Shown here: piece after piece, positions 26,217 to 34,469 of the stretch
How positions within the stretch are numbered: position 1 is the stretch's first letter
Layout: each line of letters begins with the position of its first letter
Program-made: the position numbers and the translations under genes
Source of the DNA: a virus
Lineage: Duplodnaviria > Caudoviricetes
Strand: one strand, 5' to 3'
Length of the DNA stretch: 56,272 nt
IMG/VR virus record: IMGVR_UViG_3300031576_000051
Location: 1 to 56,272 of that record
Notes under the pieces: model-generated
What the model was told of the DNA's origin: nothing
The model's database searches: none
What the model saw: the letters and a program-made list of their open reading frames with translations, nothing else

Positions 26217-26239
26217 TCAGCGCTGAGGGAGATTTGAAC

Positions 26240-27001
26240 ATGACACCGCAAACCTCCGGCCTGGCCGGAGCAGTGAAGAAGTATCTCGAGCTGCAGCTGA
26301 CGAAGGACGTGGCCACCGGCTTCGACTCCGGCGCCCGAGCGGCGCTCGGTGCCTGGAGCCGGCTCGAGGGATCCCGCCCGCCGACGGAGAGCGAGCAGGT
26401 GATGGAGTTCATGGAGAAATTCAACCACATGTTCCTCACCGGCCAGGGCGTCCCCCTTCACCGCCACCCGCCGACGAACCATCCGCGACACCTCACGCTG
26501 CGAAAGCTTCAGGAGCGATTCGTCCAGATGCAGGAGGAGCTGATCGAGGAGTTCTACGACGGCATGCACGAGCAGAGCCTCGAGAAGATGGCCGACGCTC
26601 TGATCGATCTCGTCTACTTCGCGAAGGGGACGGCGAACCTCCTCGGCCTTCCGTGGGAGGAGCTGTGGAACGACGTTCACTCCGCGAACATGCGGAAGGT
26701 CCGCGGAGAGAAGACCCGCGGAGGGATGCTCATCAAGGTGGACTGCGTGAAGCCGCCCGGATGGGTGGGGCCGCGCACGCTCGACATCCTCAAGGCCGCC
26801 GGCTATCGCCCGGGCTTCGATGACAGGTCGTTCTGGGACGACCCCGAGCACTGCCCAGGCGGGCCGCAGACGGCGGAGGACGTGGCGTTCACTTCGGTGG
26901 CAGGAGCGCCGTGCGAGGCGGTGAAGGTGTACGACGGCCGCGAGGGTCCGACGGACAAGGGCGTCGCCGGCTCCGACTCGTCGGGGGAGGGGTCGCGATG
27001 A
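26240..27001 (+). CDS. MazG-like / PRA-PH-family nucleotide pyrophosphohydrolase (dUTPase-like)
   Basis: QEELIEEF...ADALIDLVYFAKG...VHSANMRK...KPPGW. Confidence 0.85.
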   Translation: MTPQTSGLAGAVKKYLELQLTKDVATGFDSGARAALGAWSRLEGSRPPTESEQVMEFMEKFNHMFLTGQGVPLHRHPPTNHPRHLTLRKLQERFVQMQEELIEEFYDGMHEQSLEKMADALIDLVYFAKGTANLLGLPWEELWNDVHSANMRKVRGEKTRGGMLIKVDCVKPPGWVGPRTLDILKAAGYRPGFDDRSFWDDPEHCPGGPQTAEDVAFTSVAGAPCEAVKVYDGREGPTDKGVAGSDSSGEGSR

Positions 27002-28362
27002 GCAAGCTCACCGCCCTAGGCGCCGACATCTTCGCCGGCACCTTCACCCACGGAGTCAAGGCCGCGGGCTTCGACGTCCTCGGCCACCTCGAGCACGGCC
27101 CGTATGGCGTGAAGACGGCACAGCTGAACTTCCCCAAGCTCGAGGTCCGCGTCGGCCGCCAGAACTGGAACGAGAAGGACTTCAAGGGCAAGGTCGACTT
27201 CATGTACACGAACCCGCCGTGCGCGGCCTGGAGCACGGCGCGCTCGGGACAGGGCGGAAGCTGGGAGACGCAGGTGCATCGGCTCTCCTGCGTGGATGAC
27301 GTTGTGACGGCGGGCCTCGTCATCCGTCCGAAGGCGTGGTGCTGGGAGTCGGTGACCAACGCCTGGAGGATGGGTCAGAGGTTCGTGCTTCACCAGGCAG
27401 AGCGTTGGAACGACGCAGGCTACCACTGCACCGTGCTCCTCCAGGACAACCAGTTCCTCGGAGCGGCGCAGGAGCGACAGCGCATGTTCCTCATCGCACA
27501 CCTGCACCCGCTCGTCTGGCCGAAGCTGACGCCGACGACGACCGTGGGAGAGGCGTTCAAGCTGCTGCCGAAGAAGCTCCCGCCCGAGCCGGTCACCCAC
27601 AGCGAGATGCAGCCCTACTGGAAGAAGCGCCTGTGGCCGATGAGCGACAAGTACAAGGGCTACTTCCGGCGCACGCACGAGATGGAAGGCCGCGGGCCGA
27701 TGAAGCTCGAGGGCCGCATCCCGTCCGTCCTCGTCCGCAAGCTGGACCTCGAGAAACCGGCGCCGGTGATGCTGGCCTCGAGCATCCGCCTCCACCCGTT
27801 CGAACGTCGCTACGTGAACTGGTTCGAGTGGCTCGTCCTCTGCGGCCTGCCGCTCACCTGGAAGACGAGCTGCGGCGGTGCAGACTCGGCGACGCAGGAG
27901 CTTGCTCGAGCCGTCCTCTCCCCGGTCGGCAGGTGGCTCGGCACGGCGGTGAGGAAGGGGCTCGCGCTTCCGGCCTTGAGGACACGGCCGAGCACGACGG
28001 TCGTGGACCTCCGCAAGCCCGACCATCCGTACACCCAGAAGATGTTCGACTTCGACGGGTTCACCATCGCACCCTTCGACCTCACGCCGCAGAAGCCCGC
28101 GGAGGAGCCGGTCAACAAAGCGAGCGGGTTCGCCTCCGGCAGGGCGTCGGTCGCTGCCAAGGCGGCGCTGGCGAAGAAGGGCGGAGGAGGAGCGCGCAGG
28201 CCAGGCTCGGGAGCCCGCATCCGCGAGCTGATCCTGAAGGCATGGCCGTGGGAGAGGATCGTCAAGACCGTGCACGATGAATTCCCCGGCAGCAAGGCGG
28301 GGAAGGCCGACGTCGCTTACCATAAATACCATATGCGCAAGGAAGGGGTGGCCGTACCATGA
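26998..28362 (+). CDS. C5-cytosine DNA methyltransferase with shared C-terminal PGSG-IRE domain
   Basis: Motif I IFAGTF (atypical), IV NPPC, VI ESV, VIII QERQRMF, X ARAV. Confidence 0.8.
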   Translation: MSKLTALGADIFAGTFTHGVKAAGFDVLGHLEHGPYGVKTAQLNFPKLEVRVGRQNWNEKDFKGKVDFMYTNPPCAAWSTARSGQGGSWETQVHRLSCVDDVVTAGLVIRPKAWCWESVTNAWRMGQRFVLHQAERWNDAGYHCTVLLQDNQFLGAAQERQRMFLIAHLHPLVWPKLTPTTTVGEAFKLLPKKLPPEPVTHSEMQPYWKKRLWPMSDKYKGYFRRTHEMEGRGPMKLEGRIPSVLVRKLDLEKPAPVMLASSIRLHPFERRYVNWFEWLVLCGLPLTWKTSCGGADSATQELARAVLSPVGRWLGTAVRKGLALPALRTRPSTTVVDLRKPDHPYTQKMFDFDGFTIAPFDLTPQKPAEEPVNKASGFASGRASVAAKAALAKKGGGGARRPGSGARIRELILKAWPWERIVKTVHDEFPGSKAGKADVAYHKYHMRKEGVAVP

Positions 28363-29165
28363 ACTTCGACGACGTTTGGAGAAAGCTCCTTTGGCAGATC
28401 CTGACGACGGGCCGCCAGGTGAGCCCGCGCGGTCAGAGGACGAAGGAGCTGCCGATGCACACGATCTCCGTCGATATGAGGAAGCCGGTGCTGACCGTGC
28501 CGGAGCGCAAGCTGTGGTACGGGTTCATGGCAGCGGAGGCTCACTGGATGCTGATGGGTTCGGACAGGCTCGCGGACCTCGAGCAGTGGGGAAAGAACGT
28601 CGCGAGGTTCAGCGATGACGGCTCCACGTTCTTCGGCGCCTACGGCCCGAAGATCCTCGATCAGCTGGACTACGTGGTGGCGAAGCTGCTCGAGGATCCG
28701 GTGTCAAGGCAGGCGGGCCTCACCATCTGGAGAGAGAAGCCGCCGAAGACGAAGGACGTTCCCTGCACCGTCGCGATGTTCTTCACCGTGCGCCAAGGGG
28801 AGGGGCAGCCGATGCTCGAGGCGAACGTGTTCATGAGGTCGAACGACGCGTGGCTCGGGACGCCGTACGACGTCTTCAACTTCTCCATGGTCGCCCATCT
28901 CGTCGCGGCCAGGGTGAACGAAGCGCTCGGCGGGCGACTCCCGATGGTCACGCCCGGAACCCTACGCCTCGCCGCCGCGTCGTCTCACCTGTACGAGGGG
29001 AACTGGGAGGCTGCGGCCATCTGCGCCAGGCCCGTCGAGGGCACCGAGCAGGAGCCCTCTCCCGAGGCTCTGTTCACTTCGGCCGTCGCGCTTCGGCGTA
29101 CGCTGAAGGAGCTGCGGGAGTCGAAGCCCGGCGACGCTCTCAGATGGTGGGAGGCGAAACCATGA
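28359..29165 (+). CDS. Thymidylate synthase-family protein, probable dCMP (hydroxy)methyltransferase
   Basis: SRQA, KDVPCT catalytic Cys, MRSND.WLG.PYD (Asp at the ThyA Asn177 position), SHLY. Confidence 0.85.
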   Translation: MNFDDVWRKLLWQILTTGRQVSPRGQRTKELPMHTISVDMRKPVLTVPERKLWYGFMAAEAHWMLMGSDRLADLEQWGKNVARFSDDGSTFFGAYGPKILDQLDYVVAKLLEDPVSRQAGLTIWREKPPKTKDVPCTVAMFFTVRQGEGQPMLEANVFMRSNDAWLGTPYDVFNFSMVAHLVAARVNEALGGRLPMVTPGTLRLAAASSHLYEGNWEAAAICARPVEGTEQEPSPEALFTSAVALRRTLKELRESKPGDALRWWEAKP

Positions 29166-29440
29166 AAGGGTGGAGAGTGACCGACTTGGGCAACGGTCGA
29201 GCGGAGGTCGCCATCTCGTGGGACGGAATGCGCGAGGCGACGTTGGCCGCGGAGGCGGACGAGCTGCAGGCGATGATCGTCGACCTGGCCGGCGCCTACT
29301 ACCGCATCACCGGAGCACTCCCGCCTGCCGTGCGAAGGGCCGACGTCGGAGCGGCGAGTCGCACGGCTCCACCACGTGCGCAGATCCTCAAGGCAGCCGA
29401 GGCATCGAGGACGAAGAACCGAGCGAGGGCGCGCCGATGA
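29162..29440 (+). CDS. Hypothetical protein
   Basis: ATGA overlaps on both sides. Confidence 0.55.
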   Translation: MKGWRVTDLGNGRAEVAISWDGMREATLAAEADELQAMIVDLAGAYYRITGALPPAVRRADVGAASRTAPPRAQILKAAEASRTKNRARARR

Positions 29441-29719
29441 TCTTCGTGCTCGATAGGTACGGCAAGCCTCGCCCTCCTCAGCTGCCCTGCGGCTGCAGGG
29501 TCATCGGGAACCTCAAGGCCATCGGTCTCGACGGCGAACCCATCCCGGGCGTGACCGGTCTCAACTCGAAGACCGGGTGGCTGCGTGTGCAGAGGTACAT
29601 CGTGTTCCCCGGGCTCCTCCGCCGCCGCCACGGAGGCGGGACTTCAGACGATCCAGGTCACGGCTCCGTTCGAGCTTCGTTGCAAGGTCCACGGTCTGCT
29701 CAAGGAAGAGGAGGGCTGA
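29437..29719 (+). other. Small gene with apparent +1 frameshift near 29605-29613
   Basis: Codon usage switches frame after TTC CCC GGG; the unshifted frame runs into the deaminase. Confidence 0.4.
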
Positions 29720-29721
29720 CG

Positions 29722-30252
29722 ATGCATCGAACGATCCAGGACAGACCCGAGAAGGATGAGACGTGGCTGAACGTCGCGCGAGAGATCTCGAGACGGTCCA
29801 CCTGCTACCGCCTGGCGGTCGGCGCCGTGCTCATCGACGTCCGAGGCTACGTGATGTCGACGGGGTACAACGGACGAGCGACGGGCGAGGAGAACTGCAA
29901 CGAGCCGTCGCTGAGACCGATCTCCGAGGCGGAGCGCCGCCAGGTGCGAGGCTGGACCTCTCCGCCCGACGCGAAGAAGACAGTCTATCTTCATCGCTGC
30001 GCGAACAGCGACGCGGAGATCGGCAAGCCCAACGGATGCGAGAGCATCCACGCCGAACAGAACGCGCTGATGCAGTGCCGCGACGTCTGGAGCATCGGCA
30101 CGTGCTACGTCACGCACAGCCCTTGTCTGCCGTGCGTGAAGATGCTCATGAACACGAGCTGCAGGCGGGTCGTCTTCGGCGCCGAGTACCCGAGCGGCGG
30201 GGCGCGTGAGCTGTGGGAACGCTCCGGCCGACTCTGGGTGCCGAGGGGCTAG
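29722..30252 (+). CDS. dCMP deaminase
   Basis: RSTC...VGAV...GYNG...HAEQNAL...SPCLPC; own GAGGAGG SD. Confidence 0.9.
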   Translation: MHRTIQDRPEKDETWLNVAREISRRSTCYRLAVGAVLIDVRGYVMSTGYNGRATGEENCNEPSLRPISEAERRQVRGWTSPPDAKKTVYLHRCANSDAEIGKPNGCESIHAEQNALMQCRDVWSIGTCYVTHSPCLPCVKMLMNTSCRRVVFGAEYPSGGARELWERSGRLWVPRG

Positions 30253-30412
30253 GAGGCTCGGCGGGGAGGCAGATGAGGCCCGAGGGGCGCTTTCCCCAGG
30301 GTCGTCTATCAATCTGCAGCCAGAGGGCAGTACGCCCGTTTCGGGCCCTCTCGGGAGGGCGGTTCTCCCTCGAGAGACGATTTGAAAAGAAAACGAGGTC
30401 GAGAGTGGCCGC
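30253..30412. terminator. Convergence zone of the two arms with GC-rich hairpins
   Basis: GGCCCGAGGGGCG/CGCCCGTTTCGGGCC and CTCTCGGGAG/CTCCCTCGAGAG imperfect stems. Confidence 0.4.
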
Positions 30413-30718
30413 CTAGGCCGCGGCGCCGGCGGTCACCCACCCGTGCCAGCCGCAGCCGCCTTGAAGGTGGACGCTCGGCTGCAAGCTCAGGTCATCGGCC
30501 GTGGTGCCTGCGGTCACGCGCCAGCGGCCAGGCCCGACCAGGTGAGGAGCCTGAGGCACGCCCTCGAAGAAGAGGACGACGGCGTGCGGGTTCCCCGCCT
30601 TCGTGCAGAGCGGGCAGGCGAAGCAAACGCCGTCTGCCTCCGCCAACGTCAGAACCTCACGCCAGCCCGAGGGCGACGAGCGGATCCACTCGAAGACGAA
30701 CCCGTCGCGGAGTCTCAC
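30413..30718 (-). CDS. DUF6527-like protein
   Basis: FACPLC...H...W...LSLQPSV...CGWHGWV. Confidence 0.65.
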   Translation of the reverse strand: MRLRDGFVFEWIRSSPSGWREVLTLAEADGVCFACPLCTKAGNPHAVVLFFEGVPQAPHLVGPGRWRVTAGTTADDLSLQPSVHLQGGCGWHGWVTAGAAA

Positions 30719-31038
30719 GACAGAACGTCTTCGATGACGATGAGGACGACGCCGCTCGAGGGCACGGTCTGGATGAGGCCGACGAGCGTGACCGCGAACT
30801 CGCCGACGAACAGACCTTCGGTGTCGACGTTCAGAGCGGCCCACGCGTACTCGACGATCCCCGCCGGGGCGTCGACGACCGTGGCCGCGGCGTTGACCTT
30901 CAGCGCCCCTCCGCTCCTCGGCCGCATGCGGAACTGGACGGAGGCGCCGGTCAGATCGATGGGAACGTCCTCGGAGTCGAGCAGCTGGGCGCGAAGGATC
31001 GGAAGCCTGTCGCCCTTCTTCATGTTGAACGTCGCCAT
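30715..31038 (-). CDS. BppU-like Ig-fold tail/baseplate protein
   Basis: KKGD.LP...DLTGASV.F.M...G.VEYAW...D..G....EF.VT. Confidence 0.7.
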   Translation of the reverse strand: MATFNMKKGDRLPILRAQLLDSEDVPIDLTGASVQFRMRPRSGGALKVNAAATVVDAPAGIVEYAWAALNVDTEGLFVGEFAVTLVGLIQTVPSSGVVLIVIEDVLS

Positions 31039-31042
31039 GGCT

Positions 31043-31234
31043 TCACCCTACCTTGGAGGGACCTGGACTGATGACAACCTTGCTTCCGCCGCGACCGTCC
31101 ACGGCCTTCGACGCTCCGCCTGAGCTTCGAGGGAAGCCCTGCGCAGGCTGATGGTCCTCGAGGACGAGGATGTAGCCGCTCTCGAGCAGCAGCTTGTCCG
31201 TGCCGTTCTCTAGAAGGATGTACGAGGTCGCCAT
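31043..31234 (-). CDS. Small tail-associated hypothetical protein
   Basis: LLENG..LLLESG..L.LED repeat pattern. Confidence 0.55.
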   Translation of the reverse strand: MATSYILLENGTDKLLLESGYILVLEDHQPAQGFPRSSGGASKAVDGRGGSKVVISPGPSKVG

Positions 31235-31236
31235 GG

Positions 31237-31473
31237 TCAGCCTTTAGGAACGACCTCGACCCGCACCACGATCTTCCAGCCGCCGGCGGGCTCGGGAGAG
31301 AAGCTCGGCACGCCGACGAGAGCGCACTCGTGCTCCTCGAGCAGGGCGTTGACCTTGGCCGCGCACTCTTCGGCCAGCCGCTTGCGAAGCTCCTTCAGCT
31401 CCGCCGCTCCGCTCCTCGGCGCTCCGTTCTTCGCTGTGCCGTTCTTCGCAGCTTCGCTCGCCTCGGCGCTCAT
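31237..31473 (-). CDS. Hypothetical protein
   Basis: Coupled ORF in the late operon. Confidence 0.55.
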   Translation of the reverse strand: MSAEASEAAKNGTAKNGAPRSGAAELKELRKRLAEECAAKVNALLEEHECALVGVPSFSPEPAGGWKIVVRVEVVPKG

Positions 31474-31709
31474 TCGATCCCCTTCGCCAGGTCAGCAAGC
31501 TGCTCGTTCAGAATGCTGAGCTCACTCTGCATCACGTCGCGTCGAACCGTCAACCTATCCACGTGTGATGCGAGCCAGGTTTCGAGATCGGCGTCCTGAC
31601 CGGCCTCGTCCTTGGCCGCGAATGCCGTCACCTCGTCAAGATTCGCGCCTCGGCCAGGTCCTGCGAGCCTCTCAGCCATGTACATCTTCATCACGTTATC
31701 TCGTTGCAT
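31470..31709 (-). CDS. Hypothetical protein (possible fibre chaperone)
   Basis: Directly downstream of the fibre gene; C-terminal coiled coil. Confidence 0.55.
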   Translation of the reverse strand: MQRDNVMKMYMAERLAGPGRGANLDEVTAFAAKDEAGQDADLETWLASHVDRLTVRRDVMQSELSILNEQLADLAKGIE

Positions 31710-31727
31710 CGGATCATTCTCCTTGTA

Positions 31728-34457
31728 TCAGATGGCGACCACTCGCCAGCGTGAACTGGTCGTGTCATACCAGATCTCGACGGCGCCGTTCGTGCGGATG
31801 GTGAGGTTCGCGTTGTTCGGACAGAAGAATCGGTTGGCCGCAGTGGAACCGGCGTTGTCGTGGTTGAGCACGATGGTGTTGGTCGCGCTGATGTTCATCA
31901 GGATGATGCTTCGCCCTGAGGCCTGCGCCACTAGACCCGTGAGCGTGGCAGCGCCGCTGGCGTCCTGCCTGATGACGGTGGCGGTCGCGAGGCTCGTCGG
32001 GCTGTAGTTGTTGTTGGTGCCCGTGATGGCCGTCGGGCTGATGATGGATCGAAGGTAGAGCCCGTCGTCGATCCGCGTCTCGCCGTCGAACTCGACCGCT
32101 CCGGCCTGGACCCACAGGGCCCGGCTGTTCGTGATGGTCGCGTTGGTGCCCGCGACCGGAGCGCCGACGATGGCGACGGTGGCCGCGTCGGTGATGGTGC
32201 TCGCGGCGACGAAGCTGTACGTGCGCTGCCGGTAGATGAAGGTCCGCTGCGTGGCGAGCGCTCCGGTGGCGTGCTGGAGCGTGGCCGTGGCGCTGAAGTC
32301 TACGTCAGGCGTCTCGGTGCCCGCGGTCTGCCCCGTGTGCGCAGCGCCGACGTACAGGAAGTTGGAAGCCGCCCCGGTGGTGGCCGCAGCTCGAGCGATG
32401 CGCGTGCCGCCCGCCCCTTGCTGAACCAACATGAACCCAGCTGTTGGGTTAGCATCGGTCCCCACGTTGAGACCTCCCGTGCCGATGCGCGAAGGGCTCA
32501 CGGAGTCCACGCGCAGGGCCACGCCTCCGACCGCGGCACCGACGCGCAAGCATCCCGTCGAATCCGCGGTGGCGAGCCCCACGAGCACCTGCCCCGAGGG
32601 GTTGATGTGCATTCGCTGGATGCCGGTGTCGTTGACTTCGGTGTAGGTCGGTGCCGTGTAGAAGACGAGATCGTTCGCGTCGGGGCAGGTCCAGCCTCCC
32701 CCTCCGAAGTACAAGCTGCGAGACGTCCCTTCGTCGTAGCCGCTCAACGCCGTGAACGGGACGAGCGTGGGCGGCGAACCGGGCGTGCCAACCCGAGCGA
32801 TGGCGTAGAGCCCGCCGTTCCCACCGCCGTCATACGTCGAGTTGATGTAGGAGCCGATCACCAGAGCCGTATAGATGCTAGCGCAGTTGAACGCGCCGGC
32901 GGGCGACGGCCCTATGACCGCAGCGCCTTCGGAAAAGATCGAACCGCCCGCGGTTGAACCCGTTGTGTTGTCTTTGACCTGAAGGCGCCCCTTGGCCGCC
33001 GCCGCCCCACCCGTGCCGACGGTCAGCCGATCGTCAGTCGCGTCCCACAGGAGCGCAGTGTCGACCGACAACAGGCCGCCTGTGCCAGTGACCACCACCC
33101 TTCCAGCAGCGAAAGAAGAGAGGGTCACGTTGTCTGACGTGGAGAGGTTGCCCGAACCGTCGAGGCTGAACCCGACGGAGGCGAGCGCCGTCTGCACGGC
33201 CGAGAACGGAACGTTGTGAACGTGGTCGGCACGCGAGAGGCTCGTGCTCGAGCCCTCGGTGTTGGCCGTGCCCACGTCCACGGCAGCCGCGGTTGCGACG
33301 GCGTGCTGATGGTCGCGCCTGGCGAGTCCGGTCCCCGTTCCTTCGGCCGCAGCGTCTCCGGCGTTCACCGTGGAGATGGTGCCGCCTGCCGTGTCGATGT
33401 CGTGCGAGTGGTCGGCCCTTGCCAGGTTCGCGCTCGCTCCCTCTGCGTTGGCCGAGTCGGCGTTCAGGGCAGAGGCCGCCGCGGTGGCCACGTCGTGCTT
33501 GTGGTCGGCACGCGCAGGCTCTCCGCTCGTGCCGATCGCGGCCGCAGCCTTGGTGACGTCTGCCGGAGCCGTGTTGCTCTGGTGCGTGTGGTCGGAGCGG
33601 GCGAGCGAGGTCGCCGACCCCTCGCCTGAGGCAGTGGCCACGCCCGTCGCCGCAGGAGCGGCGGTGCTCACGTCGTGCTTGTGATCCGCTCGGGAAGGAG
33701 TCGTGCTCGCTCCGGCGGAGGCCGCGGCCTTGGTGACGTCGGCCGGAGCGGCAGGAGCGGCGAGGGCGTGACGATGGTCCGAGCGAGAGAAGCTCGTGGC
33801 CGAACCCTCTGCCGCCGAGTCGCCGATGCCGATGACGCCTGCCGCGTCTGCCGCGATGGCATGACGATGATCGCTTCTGGCGAGCGAGAGCGCGGTCCCT
33901 TCCGCCGCGGAGTCATCGGGCTGGATCGTCCCGGGCGCGGCCGTCGCCACGTCATGCTTGTGGTCCTGTCTCGAGGCCTCGGCCGAGACGCCCGCGCTCG
34001 CGGCGGCGGTGTCCACGTCCACGGGCGCGACGTTGGACAGGCCTGCGGCGGAGGGAGTCTGCCAGGTGGCCGCGGCTCCGCTCGTCGCGGTCAGCACCTG
34101 GCCGGAGGAGGGGGCCGTGGCGGCCGAGACGGCAACGATCGTCGTGGCCGTGCGCAGGCCGCTCGCGGTCCTGTCGTCGGAGAGTCGGGCGTCGTTCCCC
34201 TGGCAGGCGGTGTTGGCGCTCGAGCCGTAGGTCTGCTGAGAGCCCGTCAACTTCGAGCTGCCGTCGAGGCCCGCGTATCCTCCGGCCGCGTTCTTGTTCG
34301 CCGTCTCCTCGAACGGCGCGGTCAGGTCGTCGAACGTGATGCGCTTGTCCGTCCCGCTCGGCGCCATCGTCAGGTCAGACTTGTCGACGATGACAAGCTC
34401 GTCGAGCGTCGCCGGCGTGACGAGTTGAACGAGGTCTGAGATCTTCGTGTCGGCCAT
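31728..34457 (-). CDS. Long tail fibre protein with (S/A)R.DH.H repeats
   Basis: 909 aa, Ala/Thr/Gly-rich, nine DHxH repeats; late region. Confidence 0.8.
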   Translation of the reverse strand: MADTKISDLVQLVTPATLDELVIVDKSDLTMAPSGTDKRITFDDLTAPFEETANKNAAGGYAGLDGSSKLTGSQQTYGSSANTACQGNDARLSDDRTASGLRTATTIVAVSAATAPSSGQVLTATSGAAATWQTPSAAGLSNVAPVDVDTAAASAGVSAEASRQDHKHDVATAAPGTIQPDDSAAEGTALSLARSDHRHAIAADAAGVIGIGDSAAEGSATSFSRSDHRHALAAPAAPADVTKAAASAGASTTPSRADHKHDVSTAAPAATGVATASGEGSATSLARSDHTHQSNTAPADVTKAAAAIGTSGEPARADHKHDVATAAASALNADSANAEGASANLARADHSHDIDTAGGTISTVNAGDAAAEGTGTGLARRDHQHAVATAAAVDVGTANTEGSSTSLSRADHVHNVPFSAVQTALASVGFSLDGSGNLSTSDNVTLSSFAAGRVVVTGTGGLLSVDTALLWDATDDRLTVGTGGAAAAKGRLQVKDNTTGSTAGGSIFSEGAAVIGPSPAGAFNCASIYTALVIGSYINSTYDGGGNGGLYAIARVGTPGSPPTLVPFTALSGYDEGTSRSLYFGGGGWTCPDANDLVFYTAPTYTEVNDTGIQRMHINPSGQVLVGLATADSTGCLRVGAAVGGVALRVDSVSPSRIGTGGLNVGTDANPTAGFMLVQQGAGGTRIARAAATTGAASNFLYVGAAHTGQTAGTETPDVDFSATATLQHATGALATQRTFIYRQRTYSFVAASTITDAATVAIVGAPVAGTNATITNSRALWVQAGAVEFDGETRIDDGLYLRSIISPTAITGTNNNYSPTSLATATVIRQDASGAATLTGLVAQASGRSIILMNISATNTIVLNHDNAGSTAANRFFCPNNANLTIRTNGAVEIWYDTTSSRWRVVAI

Positions 34458-34469
34458 CTTGGTTTCCTC

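Noticed and set aside
1850-28332. Many long antisense or alternate-frame ORFs (e.g. 1850-3367, 6374-7735, 10613-11968, 27016-28332)
   Set aside because: Shadow ORFs expected at high GC; they overlap motif-bearing genes and have Arg/Pro/Gly-rich, non-protein-like composition.
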